A program made the position numbers and the translations under genes. From positions 512,001-576,000 of the forward strand of contig OZ219871.1 in the NCBI GenBank assembly GCA_964291495.2: a DNA stretch of 64,000 bases, read 5' to 3'. Source of the stretch: Dehalococcoidia bacterium (GTDB lineage Bacteria; Chloroflexota; Dehalococcoidia; UBA2979). The notes below the pieces were generated by a model. It did no database searches, was not told where the DNA came from, and saw only the letters and a program-made list of their open reading frames with translations. The number at the start of each line of letters is the position of its first letter. Within the stretch, counting starts at the first letter, position 1. This document shows, piece by piece, positions 48,445 to 58,382 of the stretch.

Positions 48445-49752
48445 CTATCGCTCCTCGGGGACGACGCCGGCGCGGGTGATCAGGTCCTTGCTGAGCGCCT
48501 GGAAGGAATCGGGCTCCAGCTCGTCCACGTCGGCCTTCCCGGACTCGACGACCTCGCGCTTGAACGGCTCGAAGCTAGGGATCTCGTCGTCGGCGAGCGG
48601 CTGCATCCACTGCTTGCGCTCGAGCGCGGCCTCGATGTACGGGGCGAGCTCCTCCTGCTTGCGCGCGACGCGCTCGTCCTCCGCCTCGGACCTGAACTCT
48701 GGCATGACCTCCTCGGCGAAGAGGCGGAGCGAGTCGCAGATCTCCTCGTGCGTCACGCGCCCCGCCTGCGCGCCCAGCATCACCTGGTCGGCGCCGGCCT
48801 GGATCAGCAGGCGGATCGTCTCGCGCGCCTCGTCGGGCGTGCCGACGCAACTCGGGCGGCGCCGCGTGTGCTCGGCCTCGAGGCGCTCACGCGAGTCCTC
48901 GAAGATGTTCCAGAGGTTGGTGCGGCCGGGCGTGTGGCGGCCCGCAACGTAGAAGTGCGCGACGCCGGTGCTGAAGAACAGCCGGTTCGGCAGCGCGCGC
49001 TCGAAGGCCGCGTCGCCGTCGTGATCGAGGACGAGTGGCTCGGCGATCGCGAAGTTGGCGTTGACGAAATGGCCGATCGGGACGCACTCGGTCTTGATCG
49101 CGTCGTAGTAGTCGTCGATCCAGGCGCCGACCTCGCCGGGCGGGAGGAAGGAGAAGCAGAGCACGCCGAGGCCGAGCCGGCCGGCGAGCTTGACCGCCTC
49201 GCGGTTGGAGCAGGCCATCCACATCGGCGGGTGCGGCCGCTGCACGGCCTTCGGGACCACGTTGCGGCAGGGCATCGAGAAGTACTCGCCCTCGTAGCCG
49301 GGGTAGGGGTCGAGCGCGAGCATGTTCGCGGCCTGCTCGGTGGTCTCGAGCCACATCGCCCGCTTGTCCTCGAGCGGCACGCCGTAGCCCTCGAGCTCGC
49401 TGCGCGAGGCGGTCTCGCCGGTGCCGAACTCGACGCGGCCGCCCGAGACGAGGTCGAGCGTGGCAATGCGCTCGGCGACGCGGGCGGGGTGGTTGTAGCC
49501 GGGCGGCATCGCCACGATGCCGTGGCCGAGGCGGATGCGCTTCGTGTTGCGCGCCGCCGCGGCGAGCACGATCTCGGGCGCGGAGGAGTGCGAGTACTCC
49601 TCGAGGAAGTGGTGCTCGACCTCCCAGACGTAGTCGATGCCGAGCTCGTCGGCGAACTCGATCTGCTCGATGGTGTTCTGGAACAGCTGCTGCTCGCTGC
49701 CCGGGGTCCACGGTCGCGGGTGCTGGATCTCGAGGAACATGCCGAACTTCAT
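48445..49752 (-). CDS. LLM-class flavin-dependent oxidoreductase
   Basis: WEVEHHFLEEYSHSSAPE, AERIATLDLVSGGRVEFGTG. Confidence 0.92.
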   Translation of the reverse strand: MKFGMFLEIQHPRPWTPGSEQQLFQNTIEQIEFADELGIDYVWEVEHHFLEEYSHSSAPEIVLAAAARNTKRIRLGHGIVAMPPGYNHPARVAERIATLDLVSGGRVEFGTGETASRSELEGYGVPLEDKRAMWLETTEQAANMLALDPYPGYEGEYFSMPCRNVVPKAVQRPHPPMWMACSNREAVKLAGRLGLGVLCFSFLPPGEVGAWIDDYYDAIKTECVPIGHFVNANFAIAEPLVLDHDGDAAFERALPNRLFFSTGVAHFYVAGRHTPGRTNLWNIFEDSRERLEAEHTRRRPSCVGTPDEARETIRLLIQAGADQVMLGAQAGRVTHEEICDSLRLFAEEVMPEFRSEAEDERVARKQEELAPYIEAALERKQWMQPLADDEIPSFEPFKREVVESGKADVDELEPDSFQALSKDLITRAGVVPEER

Positions 49753-49800
49753 CGCTCGCTCCGTTCCGGTTCGCGCGCGAGGGCAAGTATAGGGTCGGCC

Positions 49801-50607
49801 TCAGCTAGGTTCGCCCAGGAAGTCCTCCGCGGCGTCCCGCGGGAGGTGGCCCAGCACCTGCGTGCTGTGACTGAAGTCGCGGAAGCGCCAGCGATTGTTG
49901 GAGATGCCGAAGAAGACGTCGAAGCGCACCTCCTCGGGCGCCTCGATGCTGCGCACGATCAGGTCCGTGACGTCACGATGGCTGACGAAGATCGCCTGGT
50001 TCCACGGGTCGTCCTCGCGAGGCCGGCCGCTCGCCGGGCAACCGCCGATGCGCAGGCAGATGATCGAGAGCTCGGTCGTCTCCACGTACATGCGCGCGAG
50101 GTCCTCGCCGAACAGCTTGGAGACGCCGTAGAGGTTGTTGGGCCTCGGCTCGTCGCTGGTCCGCAGCATCCGCCACTCCGAGGGCACGCGGTCGTATTCG
50201 CCTCGGGTGATCTCGCGGTAGGGCGACGACTTCTGGTAGCCGCCCATCGTCGCGCCGCTCGATGCGAAGACGACGCGCCGCACCCCCGCCCGCAGCGAGG
50301 CCTCGAAAACGTTGCGCGTACCGCCGATGTTGTTGCGCAGGATCTCCTCCCACGGCGCCTGGAACATCCCGAGCGGCGAGTTCACCCCGCCGTAGGCGGC
50401 GAGGTGCACGACCGTGTCGACGCCCTCGAAGGCCGGTTCGATCTCCTCCAGCACCGCGATGTCGGCGCGGATGTTCCGCTCCGCGGGCAGGTCCTCGACG
50501 CCGCCGCGCGAGAGCGCGACGACCTCGTAACGCTCCTCGAGGGCGGGGCGGATCGCCGCGCCGACCGCGCCGCCGAGCCCCGTGACGAGCACGCGCCGTT
50601 GGTCCAT
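49801..50607 (-). CDS. NAD-dependent epimerase/dehydratase (uronate-dehydrogenase-like extended SDR)
   Basis: VLVTGLGGAVG, HLAA, VFASS, YGVSK, LRIG. Confidence 0.87.
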   Translation of the reverse strand: MDQRRVLVTGLGGAVGAAIRPALEERYEVVALSRGGVEDLPAERNIRADIAVLEEIEPAFEGVDTVVHLAAYGGVNSPLGMFQAPWEEILRNNIGGTRNVFEASLRAGVRRVVFASSGATMGGYQKSSPYREITRGEYDRVPSEWRMLRTSDEPRPNNLYGVSKLFGEDLARMYVETTELSIICLRIGGCPASGRPREDDPWNQAIFVSHRDVTDLIVRSIEAPEEVRFDVFFGISNNRWRFRDFSHSTQVLGHLPRDAAEDFLGEPS

Positions 50608-50699
50608 GGTCCTCGTCCCTTCGTGCGTGCGGTTCGTGACAACGTCGCGCAGGGTACCGCAGGCCGCCCTCGTGGCCCTGGGAGCCGCGCACGAGTGCC

Positions 50700-51977
50700 T
50701 CAGCGCGAGGCGAGCTGCGCCCAGGTCGGGCGGCGGATCAGCAGCAGCAGGACGGCCCCGCTGAGGGTGATCAGCGCGTACACGGTGAAGACCAGCCGGT
50801 AGCTGCCCAGCTCGTCGAACGTCCAGCCCGCGATGATCGGCGTGGCGAAGCCGAGCGGCATCATCATCGTCGAGGTCAGACCGCGAATCGTGGCGAAGTA
50901 GCGGGTGCCGAAGTAGTCGGCGACGAGCGTCATGAACATCGCCACCCAGGCCGCGTGCGCGAACGGGAAGGTGAGGAAGTAGGCCGGCAGCAGCCACATC
51001 CGATCCGGCGAGAGCCAGGCGAAGATCAGCATCCCGACACACTGCAGGAGGTAGGCGATCACGTAGAGCCGGCGGCGTCCGATGATGTCGCCGAACCACC
51101 CGCAAATGAAGCGCAGCGGCACCTGGAAGAGGCCATACGCGCCGGTGATCAGCGCCGCGCCCTGCAGCGTGAACCCAACGTTCTGGAGGTGCGGCACCTG
51201 GTGCACGATCCAGCTGATCTGCGTCGCCCCGCCGATCGCCGTGGCCCCGCCGAGCAGGTAGAACGCCGGGGTGCGCAGCGCCTCGGCGACGGTCATCCCA
51301 TCGCCCAGCGAGTCGGTGGCCGGGGCCGCCGGGGTGGCCGGCGCGGCGGCGCCGTCCGGCCGGTAGCCGTACGGCTCCGGGCGGTTGCGCAGCACGAAGG
51401 AGAGCGGCAGTGCGACGCACACGATGACCAGCGCGGCCACGATCAGCGTCGACCGCCAGCCGAGCGCGCCGATCAGCACCGCCAGCGCCGGCACCATGAA
51501 GTAGCCCGCGCCGCGCGCCGAGGCGAGCAGCCCGAGCGCCTGCCCTCGCTTGCGGTCGAACCAGCGCATCAGCGACGCCGAGTACGCCGTGGACGAGCCG
51601 AGACTCTCGCCCGAGCCGACCACGAGGCTCGCGATGTAGTAGACCCAGAGCACGCGCGCCTGGGAGAAGAGCAGCAGCCCCACGCCGACGATCAGCACGC
51701 CGGTGATCGCCATCCGCCGCGCCCCGAGGCGGTCGACGAGCGCGCCGGTGACGGGCGCGAGCAGCCCGTGCTCGAAGCTGCGGAGCGAGAAGCCGACCGA
51801 GATCGCGGCGAGGCTCCACCCGGTCTCCTCGCGGATCGGTTCGATGAAGACGCCGAAGCCGAAGCCGACGACGCCGAAGGTGAAGAAGCTGGTGAAGGCT
51901 CCGGCGAGCGCGATGTACCAGCCGTAGAAGATCCGGCCGCGCACGAGGTCGCCTGCGGGGCCCAGGGCGAGTCGCAT
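50700..51977 (-). CDS. MFS transporter
   Basis: IFYGWYI, GALVDRLGAR, WFDRKRGQALG, ADYFG. Confidence 0.9.
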   Translation of the reverse strand: MRLALGPAGDLVRGRIFYGWYIALAGAFTSFFTFGVVGFGFGVFIEPIREETGWSLAAISVGFSLRSFEHGLLAPVTGALVDRLGARRMAITGVLIVGVGLLLFSQARVLWVYYIASLVVGSGESLGSSTAYSASLMRWFDRKRGQALGLLASARGAGYFMVPALAVLIGALGWRSTLIVAALVIVCVALPLSFVLRNRPEPYGYRPDGAAAPATPAAPATDSLGDGMTVAEALRTPAFYLLGGATAIGGATQISWIVHQVPHLQNVGFTLQGAALITGAYGLFQVPLRFICGWFGDIIGRRRLYVIAYLLQCVGMLIFAWLSPDRMWLLPAYFLTFPFAHAAWVAMFMTLVADYFGTRYFATIRGLTSTMMMPLGFATPIIAGWTFDELGSYRLVFTVYALITLSGAVLLLLIRRPTWAQLASR

Positions 51978-52091
51978 CGCGTCTCCGTCCGGGCGCCGGC
52001 CCTCGCGAGGCCGGCGTCGCGCGCAGCGTAGCGCCCCGGCGACCGATCGCGGGCCGATCGCGTAGCATCGCCGCGCGCAGAGGAGCAGACG

Positions 52092-53465
52092 ATGATCCAG
52101 GCACGACCAACCGCGCTGCGCGTCCGTGATCCCGGGCTGAAGGCCCTCTTCACGCAAGAGGCGCGCTGGCAGTCGTGGCTCGACGTCGAGGTGGCGCTCG
52201 CCCGCGCGCAGGCCGAGATCGGGATGATTCCCGAGGCGGCCGCAGCGGAGATTGGGAGTAAGGCGCGGCTCGAGCTGTTCGACATCGAGCGCGTCACCGA
52301 GGGGCTGCGCGTCACCGGGCACGGTCTCGTGCCGCTGGTCTGGGAGCTCGACCGGCTCTGCAAGGGCGACGCCGGCGGCTACGTCCACTGGGGTGCGACC
52401 ACGCAGAACATCACGCAGACGGGCAGCATCCTGCAGACGCGGAAGGCGCACCGCATCATCCTCGCGGAGCTTGCGGACCTGCTCGAGGCGTTCGCCACGC
52501 TCGCCGAGCGCACGAAGCACGATGCGATCGCGGGTCGCACGCACGGGCAGCACGCGGTGCCCTCGACGTTCGGGGCGAAGGTCGCCGTGTGGATCGACGA
52601 GCTGTGCCGCCACGCGGAGCGGCTGCGCCAGCTGGAGCCGCGCACCTTCGTCGCGATGCTCGGCGGCGGCGCGGGCACGGCCGCCTCCTTCGAGGGCCAC
52701 GCCTCCGCGTTGCAGCGGCGCATGGGCGAGCTGCTCGGGCTCGGGTCGATGCCGCTGCCCGGCCGCACGATCTACGACCACCTGACGGAGTACGTCCTCG
52801 CCCTCGCCATGCTCGGCACGAGTTGCGGGAAGGCCGCACGCGAGGTGCGCAAGCTGATGGCGGAGGAGTTCGGCGAGGTCGAGGAGCACGTGCCGCCCGG
52901 CACGGTCGGCAGCAGCACAATGCCGCAGAAGCGCAACCCAAAGCTCTGCCAGGACATCATCGCCGACGAAACGCACCTGCGCGCGCTGGTCCCGCTCGCC
53001 CTCGAGGCGATGCTCGGCGATCACGAGGCCGACGGCAGCCGTTCGATGATGATCGACCGCGCGCTGCGCCAGGCGGTCGAGCTGAGCGCCGACATCCTCG
53101 TGCGGCTGCTTGACGTGGCCGAGGGGCTGCGTGTCTTCCCGGAGCGGATGCGCGAGAACCTCGATCTCTCGGGCGGACTGATCATGTCGGAGAGCCTGAT
53201 GCTCGAGCTGGGGCGCGAGATCGGGCGGCAGCGCGCGCACGACGCGATCTACGAGGCGGCGCAGGAGGCCGCCACCAGCGGCGAGTCGTTCGCCTCGCTG
53301 CTTGCGAAGGACGCGGAGATCACCGAGCGGCTCGGCGCGGAGCGGCTGGCGGAGCTGCTGGACCCGACACGCTACACCGGCGACAGCGCGAGGCAGGCCT
53401 CGGAGCAGGCGGCTCGCGCCCTGCAGGTGGCCGCGGACCTGCGCGAGGCGACTACGGCGGACTGA
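52092..53465 (+). CDS. Adenylosuccinate lyase / 3-carboxy-cis,cis-muconate cycloisomerase (fumarate-lyase superfamily)
   Basis: VHWGATTQ, GRTHGQHA, GSSTMPQKRNP. Confidence 0.9.
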   Translation: MIQARPTALRVRDPGLKALFTQEARWQSWLDVEVALARAQAEIGMIPEAAAAEIGSKARLELFDIERVTEGLRVTGHGLVPLVWELDRLCKGDAGGYVHWGATTQNITQTGSILQTRKAHRIILAELADLLEAFATLAERTKHDAIAGRTHGQHAVPSTFGAKVAVWIDELCRHAERLRQLEPRTFVAMLGGGAGTAASFEGHASALQRRMGELLGLGSMPLPGRTIYDHLTEYVLALAMLGTSCGKAAREVRKLMAEEFGEVEEHVPPGTVGSSTMPQKRNPKLCQDIIADETHLRALVPLALEAMLGDHEADGSRSMMIDRALRQAVELSADILVRLLDVAEGLRVFPERMRENLDLSGGLIMSESLMLELGREIGRQRAHDAIYEAAQEAATSGESFASLLAKDAEITERLGAERLAELLDPTRYTGDSARQASEQAARALQVAADLREATTAD

Positions 53466-53593
53466 GCGCGGGCGGACCGAGCGCGACCGGACCGGACCGG
53501 GAGGGACACGCGGACCGGCCGCGACGGTGTCGGCGGGTCGTCACCATCGCGGCCGGCAGCGCGCGGCTCGCCAGTGCCGTTCGAGCGGCTACG

Positions 53594-55353
53594 TCACTGG
53601 CTGTAGCCCGAGGCAGGCGCCAGCCCCCCGGCGGCCGCCGTGAGCCGCTCCAGCAGGAAGCGGAAGTCCTGGTACGCCTGGATCGCGCCGAGCCGCTCCT
53701 CCAGCACATCGGATTCGTCGAGCAGCGCCAGCAGGTCGGAGTGAATGCCGCGGACATCGACCTCGGCGTTCTCGACCTGCGGCGAGAGGGCGCTGTAGCG
53801 GTCGGCGGCGAGGCCGACGATGGCACCCAGCCGGAAGTAGCGGTCGGCGGCGTCGAATGGCGCATTGGCCCGCCCCGCCACGTCCGTCCGCTGGCCCAGC
53901 GTCACGCCGGAGACCGGCTCGACCCAGCGCACCTCGACCTCGCCCAGCACCGCCGCGCGGGAGCGCGCCTCGTTGCTCAGGAACAGCTCGTAGAAGACCG
54001 TCGTCGCTGCGCCCGAGGGCAGCTCGGCGAACTCCTTGCGGTTCTGCTCGAAGGTGTGGTCCGGCGTGATGCGGTTCTCGTAGCCGATGATGCGCCAGGC
54101 CTCCACCTGCCCCGGATCCCACGTCACCTGCGCGCGCGCCTGGTCGGCGAACGGCGTAGACAGCGCCAGCCAGTTCTCGCGGCTGAACGTCGCCCGCGCC
54201 TGCGCGGTGTCGTCGAGGTAGCGGTACCAGCCGTTGCCATGCTGCGCGAGCTGCTCCAGCAGGTAGTCGTTGTAGTTCTCGATCCCGACGCCGATCGTGA
54301 TCAGGCGCAGCGGGTTCCGGCTGTCGTAGTCGGGGCCGACTCGAGGATGACGAAGGGGTTGGTGGCGTCCACGTTCGCGACGCCGTCCGACATCAGGATG
54401 ACGTAGTTGAAGGCCTCGGGCCGCTCGCTACGGGCGGCATCGGCGAGCCGCACGCCGAGGTTGAGCCCGGCCTGGACGTTCGTGCTGCCGTGCGGCTCGA
54501 GCCGCTCGATCGAGCGCACGACCGCGCCGTCGTCGGGGCGGCGGTGCTCGACGGTGAGCGAGCCGATCACGTCGGTGGTGAAGTGCACGACGGCGATGCG
54601 GTCGCGGGAGCCGAGGCTGCGGCGGATCGTTTCCGCCGCCTCGCGCGCGATGGCGACGCGGTTGCCCTCGCGCATCGAGCCGGAGGCGTCCAGCACCAGC
54701 GTCACGTTGAGGGGCGTGTTGTCCGGCACCCGGGGCGCCTGCAGGCCGATGCGGGCGATGTGCCGGCCGCCGCCCAGCGGGTGCTCGAAGACATCGGTCG
54801 TGATCGCGAAGCTGCGATCGTCCGGCGGTGCGCCGTAGTTGTAGGCGAAGGCGTTGATCCACTCCTCCGCGCGCACCGAGTCGGGCTGCACCTCGAAGCC
54901 GTTGCGCGCCCAGGTCAGAGCGAGGAAGTAGGACGTGCGGTCCGTGTCGAGGCTGAAGGTGGAGACGGCGTCCGTCGACGAGTCGACGAACGGCGTGCGC
55001 CCGTAGTTCCTGAAGGTCGTCTCCCGCGGCGCCGGCTGCTGCGCCGCCGGCGTGGCCGGGGCCGCCTGCGGGGCCGGCGTCGGCGCGCCGACCGGCCGCG
55101 CGCGGGCGGCTGTCGGGGTGGCGCGCGCTGGCGCGGCAGCCGGCGCCTCGGTCGCGCGGATGACGGGAAACGCCGTGGCTGTCGCCGCAGCGGGCGCGGC
55201 GGTCGGCGCTGCAGTCGGCGCGGCGGTCGCGGCCGGGCGGGGCGCGGGCGCCTCGTCGTCGTCGTCATCGCTGCAGCCGACGACCGCGAGGCCGAGGACC
55301 GCGATCGCGGCGATCGGGGCGAGGATCCGGAGCAGGCTCAGTGGTAGTCGCAT
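53594..55353 (-). CDS. YfbK-like vWA-domain lipoprotein, interrupted by a 1-nt frameshift at about 54333
   Basis: Signal plus VVGC lipobox, P/T/A linker, STFSLDTDRTSY, VRAEEWINAF, MIDAS DASGS; C-terminal part continues in another frame and matches paralog 55527..57674. Confidence 0.85.
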
Positions 55354-55381
55354 CTTCAACCTCCCAAGGCTCTTACAGGAG

Positions 55382-55410
55382 GTACGCGCGTGATCGCCGG
55401 ATGGTTCCCT
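55382..55410 (-). promoter_or_regulatory. ECF-sigma-type promoter (GGAAC-N17-CGTA) of the vWA lipoprotein gene
   Basis: agggaaccatccggcgatcacgcgcgtac, near-copy of 58302-58330. Confidence 0.75.
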
Positions 55411-55456
55411 GTCGCGCCGCGCGGGCTCCGCACCGATCGCCGAGTCCGCAAGTCAG

Positions 55457-55513
55457 CGACCCGGACCCCCTCGCCGCGCCCGGCGGGTGCGCGGCGAGGG
55501 GGTTTCCGGGTCG
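55457..55513. terminator. Long GC-rich hairpin after the anti-sigma/vWA gene
   Basis: cgacccgga-ccccctcgccgcgc ... gcgcggcgaggggg-tt-tccgggtcg. Confidence 0.55.
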
Positions 55514-55526
55514 GGAGGGGGCGGGG

Positions 55527-57674
55527 TCAGCGGCTGTAGCCCGAGGACGGCGCCAGCTCCGCGGCGGCCACCGTGAGCTGCTCGAGCAGGAAGCGGAAGT
55601 CCACGTACGCCTCGAGCGAGCCGAGCACGCCAGCGAGGCCGCCAAGCTCCGTGCCGAGGGCCGCGAGGTCGGCGTGGATGCCAGCGTAGTCGACCTCCGC
55701 GCCCTCGACCTGGGGTGAGAGCGCGCTGTAGCGGTCGGCGGCGAGGCCGACGATCGCGCCGAGGCGCAGGTAGTCGTCGCCGCCGCCGAAGGAGAGCCCG
55801 GTGTGGCCGGAGACGCTGGCGCTCTGGCTGCGCGAGGCCCCGGAGGCCGGGTCGACCCAGCGCAGCTCCACGCTGCCGAGCGTGCCGGAGCGGTCGCGCG
55901 CGCCCTCGTGCAGGACCAGCTCGTAGAAGACCGTCGTGGAGGCGCCGGAGGGCAGCTCGGCGAACTCCTTGCGGTCCTGCTCGAAGGTGTGGTCCGGCGT
56001 GATGCGGTTCTCGTAGCCGACGATGCGCCAGGCCCGCACGAGCGCGGGGTCCCATCTCACCTGCGCGCGGGTCTGGTCGGCGAAGGGGGTGGAGAGCGCC
56101 AGCCAGTTCTCCCGGCTGAACGTCTCCCGCGCCTGCGTGGTGTCGTCGAGGTAGCGGTACCACCCGTTGCCGTGCTGGGCGAGCTGCTCCAGCAGGTAGT
56201 CGTTGTAGTTCTCGATCCCGACGCCGATCGTGATCAGGCGCAGCGGGTTGGTGCTGTCCGTGTCCGCGGCGGACTCGAGGATGGCGAACGGGTTGGTCGC
56301 GTCCACGTTCGCGACGCCGTCCGACATCAGGATGATGTAGTTGAACGCCTCCGGCCGATCGCGCCGCGCCGCATCGGCAAGCCGCACGCCGAGGTTCAGC
56401 CCCGCCTGGACGTTCGTGTTGTAGTGCGGCATCAGGTTCCCGATCGACCACGCCACGTTCGGGTCGTCGGGAGCCGCGTGCTCAACCGTGTAGGCGTCGA
56501 TGACCGCGTTCGTGAAGTGGACGACGGCGATGCGATCGCGCGCGCCGAGGCTCTGGCGGATCGTCTCCGCCGCCTCGCGCGCGATGGCGACGCGGTTCCC
56601 CCAGTCCATCGAGCCGGACGCGTCCAGCACCAGCGTGACGTTCAGCGGCGTGTCGTCACGCACGTGGGGCGCCTGGAAGGCAACGCGGGCGAGGTGCCGG
56701 TCGCCCTCGAGCGGGTGCGCCACCACGTCGCTGGTGATGGCGAAGCTCCGGTCGTCGCCCGGCGCCGCGTAGCCGTAGTCGAAGGCGTTGATCCACTCCT
56801 CCGCACGCACGGAGTCGGGGTCCACGGTGTAGCCGTTCCGCGCCCACGTCAGCGCGAGGAAGTAGGACGTGCGGTCCGTGTCCAGGCTGAACGTGGAGAC
56901 GGCATCGGTGGACGTGTCCGTGAACGGCGTACGGCCGTAGTCCTGGAAGGTCGTGGCCGGGGGCTGCTGAGGGGACGCCGCTGATTCGTCGGGCATGCCG
57001 GGCTCGCCGGCAGCGTCGGCCATGCTGGGGCCGTCGGCGGCATCGGCGGCAGGCGTTTCGGCCTTCGGCTCGGCGGTGGGAGCCGCTACGACGGCGGGCG
57101 TCGGCGTTGCCGTGGCGGGCGCGGCCGTAGGGGTGGGCGCAGCCGTCGGTGCGGCTGTCGCGACCGGTGTCGCGGTTTGCCTGGGCGCGGCCGTGGGGGC
57201 CTGCGTCGGCGCGGGGCTGGGGCGCGGCGGCGCCCCCTGAGGCGTGGCGCGAGGCGCGAGGGGCGCCGGCGTGGCAGCCGCCGCCTCGGTCGCCCGGATC
57301 ACTGGAAACGCGGTGGCAGTGGCGGGCGCAGCGGTCGGCGCGGGTGTCGCCCCCGACGACGTGGCGGCAGGAGCCGCGATTGGCGCGATCCCGCCATCGC
57401 CGCCACCACCGAGGTTACCGGCGAGGGCCCAGACCCCGATCGTGACTGCCACGACCACCACGGCCGTTGCCGCCGCCGCCGGGACCCAGTCCCGCGTCGC
57501 CGTGAACGCCATCGCGCGACGCCAGAAGGCGAAGCGTGGTTCCTGCTGTTCCCCCAGGCGCCCCTCCAGGCGATCCCAGAGGTCGTCGGGCGCGCGCAGC
57601 TCTCGAGCCTCCTCGGAGAAGTGCTCGCGGAGGCGGCGCTCCAGCTCGTTGTCGGGTGAGTCGTTACGCGCCAT
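55527..57674 (-). CDS. Putative anti-sigma factor with TM helix, P/T/A linker and extracellular YfbK-like vWA domain
   Basis: N-terminal ELERRLREHF...APDDLWDRLE, TM WVPAAAATAVVVVAVTIGVWALAG, MIDAS DASGS/T/SDG; overlaps sigma gene. Confidence 0.82.
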   Translation of the reverse strand: MARNDSPDNELERRLREHFSEEARELRAPDDLWDRLEGRLGEQQEPRFAFWRRAMAFTATRDWVPAAAATAVVVVAVTIGVWALAGNLGGGGDGGIAPIAAPAATSSGATPAPTAAPATATAFPVIRATEAAAATPAPLAPRATPQGAPPRPSPAPTQAPTAAPRQTATPVATAAPTAAPTPTAAPATATPTPAVVAAPTAEPKAETPAADAADGPSMADAAGEPGMPDESAASPQQPPATTFQDYGRTPFTDTSTDAVSTFSLDTDRTSYFLALTWARNGYTVDPDSVRAEEWINAFDYGYAAPGDDRSFAITSDVVAHPLEGDRHLARVAFQAPHVRDDTPLNVTLVLDASGSMDWGNRVAIAREAAETIRQSLGARDRIAVVHFTNAVIDAYTVEHAAPDDPNVAWSIGNLMPHYNTNVQAGLNLGVRLADAARRDRPEAFNYIILMSDGVANVDATNPFAILESAADTDSTNPLRLITIGVGIENYNDYLLEQLAQHGNGWYRYLDDTTQARETFSRENWLALSTPFADQTRAQVRWDPALVRAWRIVGYENRITPDHTFEQDRKEFAELPSGASTTVFYELVLHEGARDRSGTLGSVELRWVDPASGASRSQSASVSGHTGLSFGGGDDYLRLGAIVGLAADRYSALSPQVEGAEVDYAGIHADLAALGTELGGLAGVLGSLEAYVDFRFLLEQLTVAAAELAPSSGYSR

Positions 57675-58221
57675 TGCCTGCGACCTCCATCCCGCCGGAC
57701 TGCTCCAGCAGCTCGCGCATGTGGCGGAGCGCTCTGTGGAGCCGGGACTTGACCGTGCCCTCGCGCACGCCGGCGGACTGCGCTACCTGCGCCACCGTGA
57801 GGTCGGCGAAGTAGCGCAGCACCACCACCTGGCGGTGCTCGGGACTGAGCTGGGCGAGCGCGTGCCGCACGGCCTCGCGGTCTTCGCTCGCCTCGATTGC
57901 TTCGTGTTGGCTGGATGGCGTGCCGAGCGGGATCGACTCCTCGAGGGGGACCGTCGCGAGCGCGCGCTTGCGTTGCTGGGAGCGCACGGCGTTGACGAGG
58001 ATGCGCATCAGCCAGGGCTTGAACGCACTGCCGCGCCGGAAGGTGCGGATGCCGCGCCAGGCCAGCAGGAACGCATCCTGGACGTGCTCTTCGGCCTGGG
58101 CGGCGTTGCCTGTCATGAGGTAGGCGGTGCCGAAGAGCGGGCCCTTGTACTGCTCGACCAGGTGGCGGAAGGCCTCGCGATCCCCGTCCTGGCAGCGCAG
58201 GACGGCCTCGTCGTCGGTCAT
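57664..58221 (-). CDS. ECF RNA polymerase sigma factor
   Basis: GDREAFRHLV, AEEHVQDAF, FKPWLMRILVN, GTVKSRLHRA. Confidence 0.93.
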   Translation of the reverse strand: MTDDEAVLRCQDGDREAFRHLVEQYKGPLFGTAYLMTGNAAQAEEHVQDAFLLAWRGIRTFRRGSAFKPWLMRILVNAVRSQQRKRALATVPLEESIPLGTPSSQHEAIEASEDREAVRHALAQLSPEHRQVVVLRYFADLTVAQVAQSAGVREGTVKSRLHRALRHMRELLEQSGGMEVAGNGA

Positions 58222-58301
58222 ACGCCCCTCGCCCTCCGCCGGCCGGCCGGGGTAGTGATCGCGCCTCGCATCAACCCGCGCCAGTACCATCCTGACAGTA
58301 C

Positions 58302-58330
58302 ATATGCGCCGCGAGGCCGGATCGTTCCCT
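58302..58330 (-). promoter_or_regulatory. ECF-sigma-type autoregulatory promoter (GGAAC-N17-CATA)
   Basis: agggaacgatccggcctcgcggcgcatat upstream of the sigma gene. Confidence 0.72.
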
Positions 58331-58382
58331 CCACCCGCAAGAACGTTGCCCGGATCCGGCGGAGCGGCAGCGCGCCGCGCCG

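Noticed and set aside
52092-53465. Assigning purB or pcaB
   Set aside because: The signature is shared across the superfamily and there is no purine or protocatechuate gene context.
53466-53593. Short GGACC/GACCG repeats between convergent genes
   Set aside because: Only a few irregular copies, compatible with chance in GC-rich DNA.
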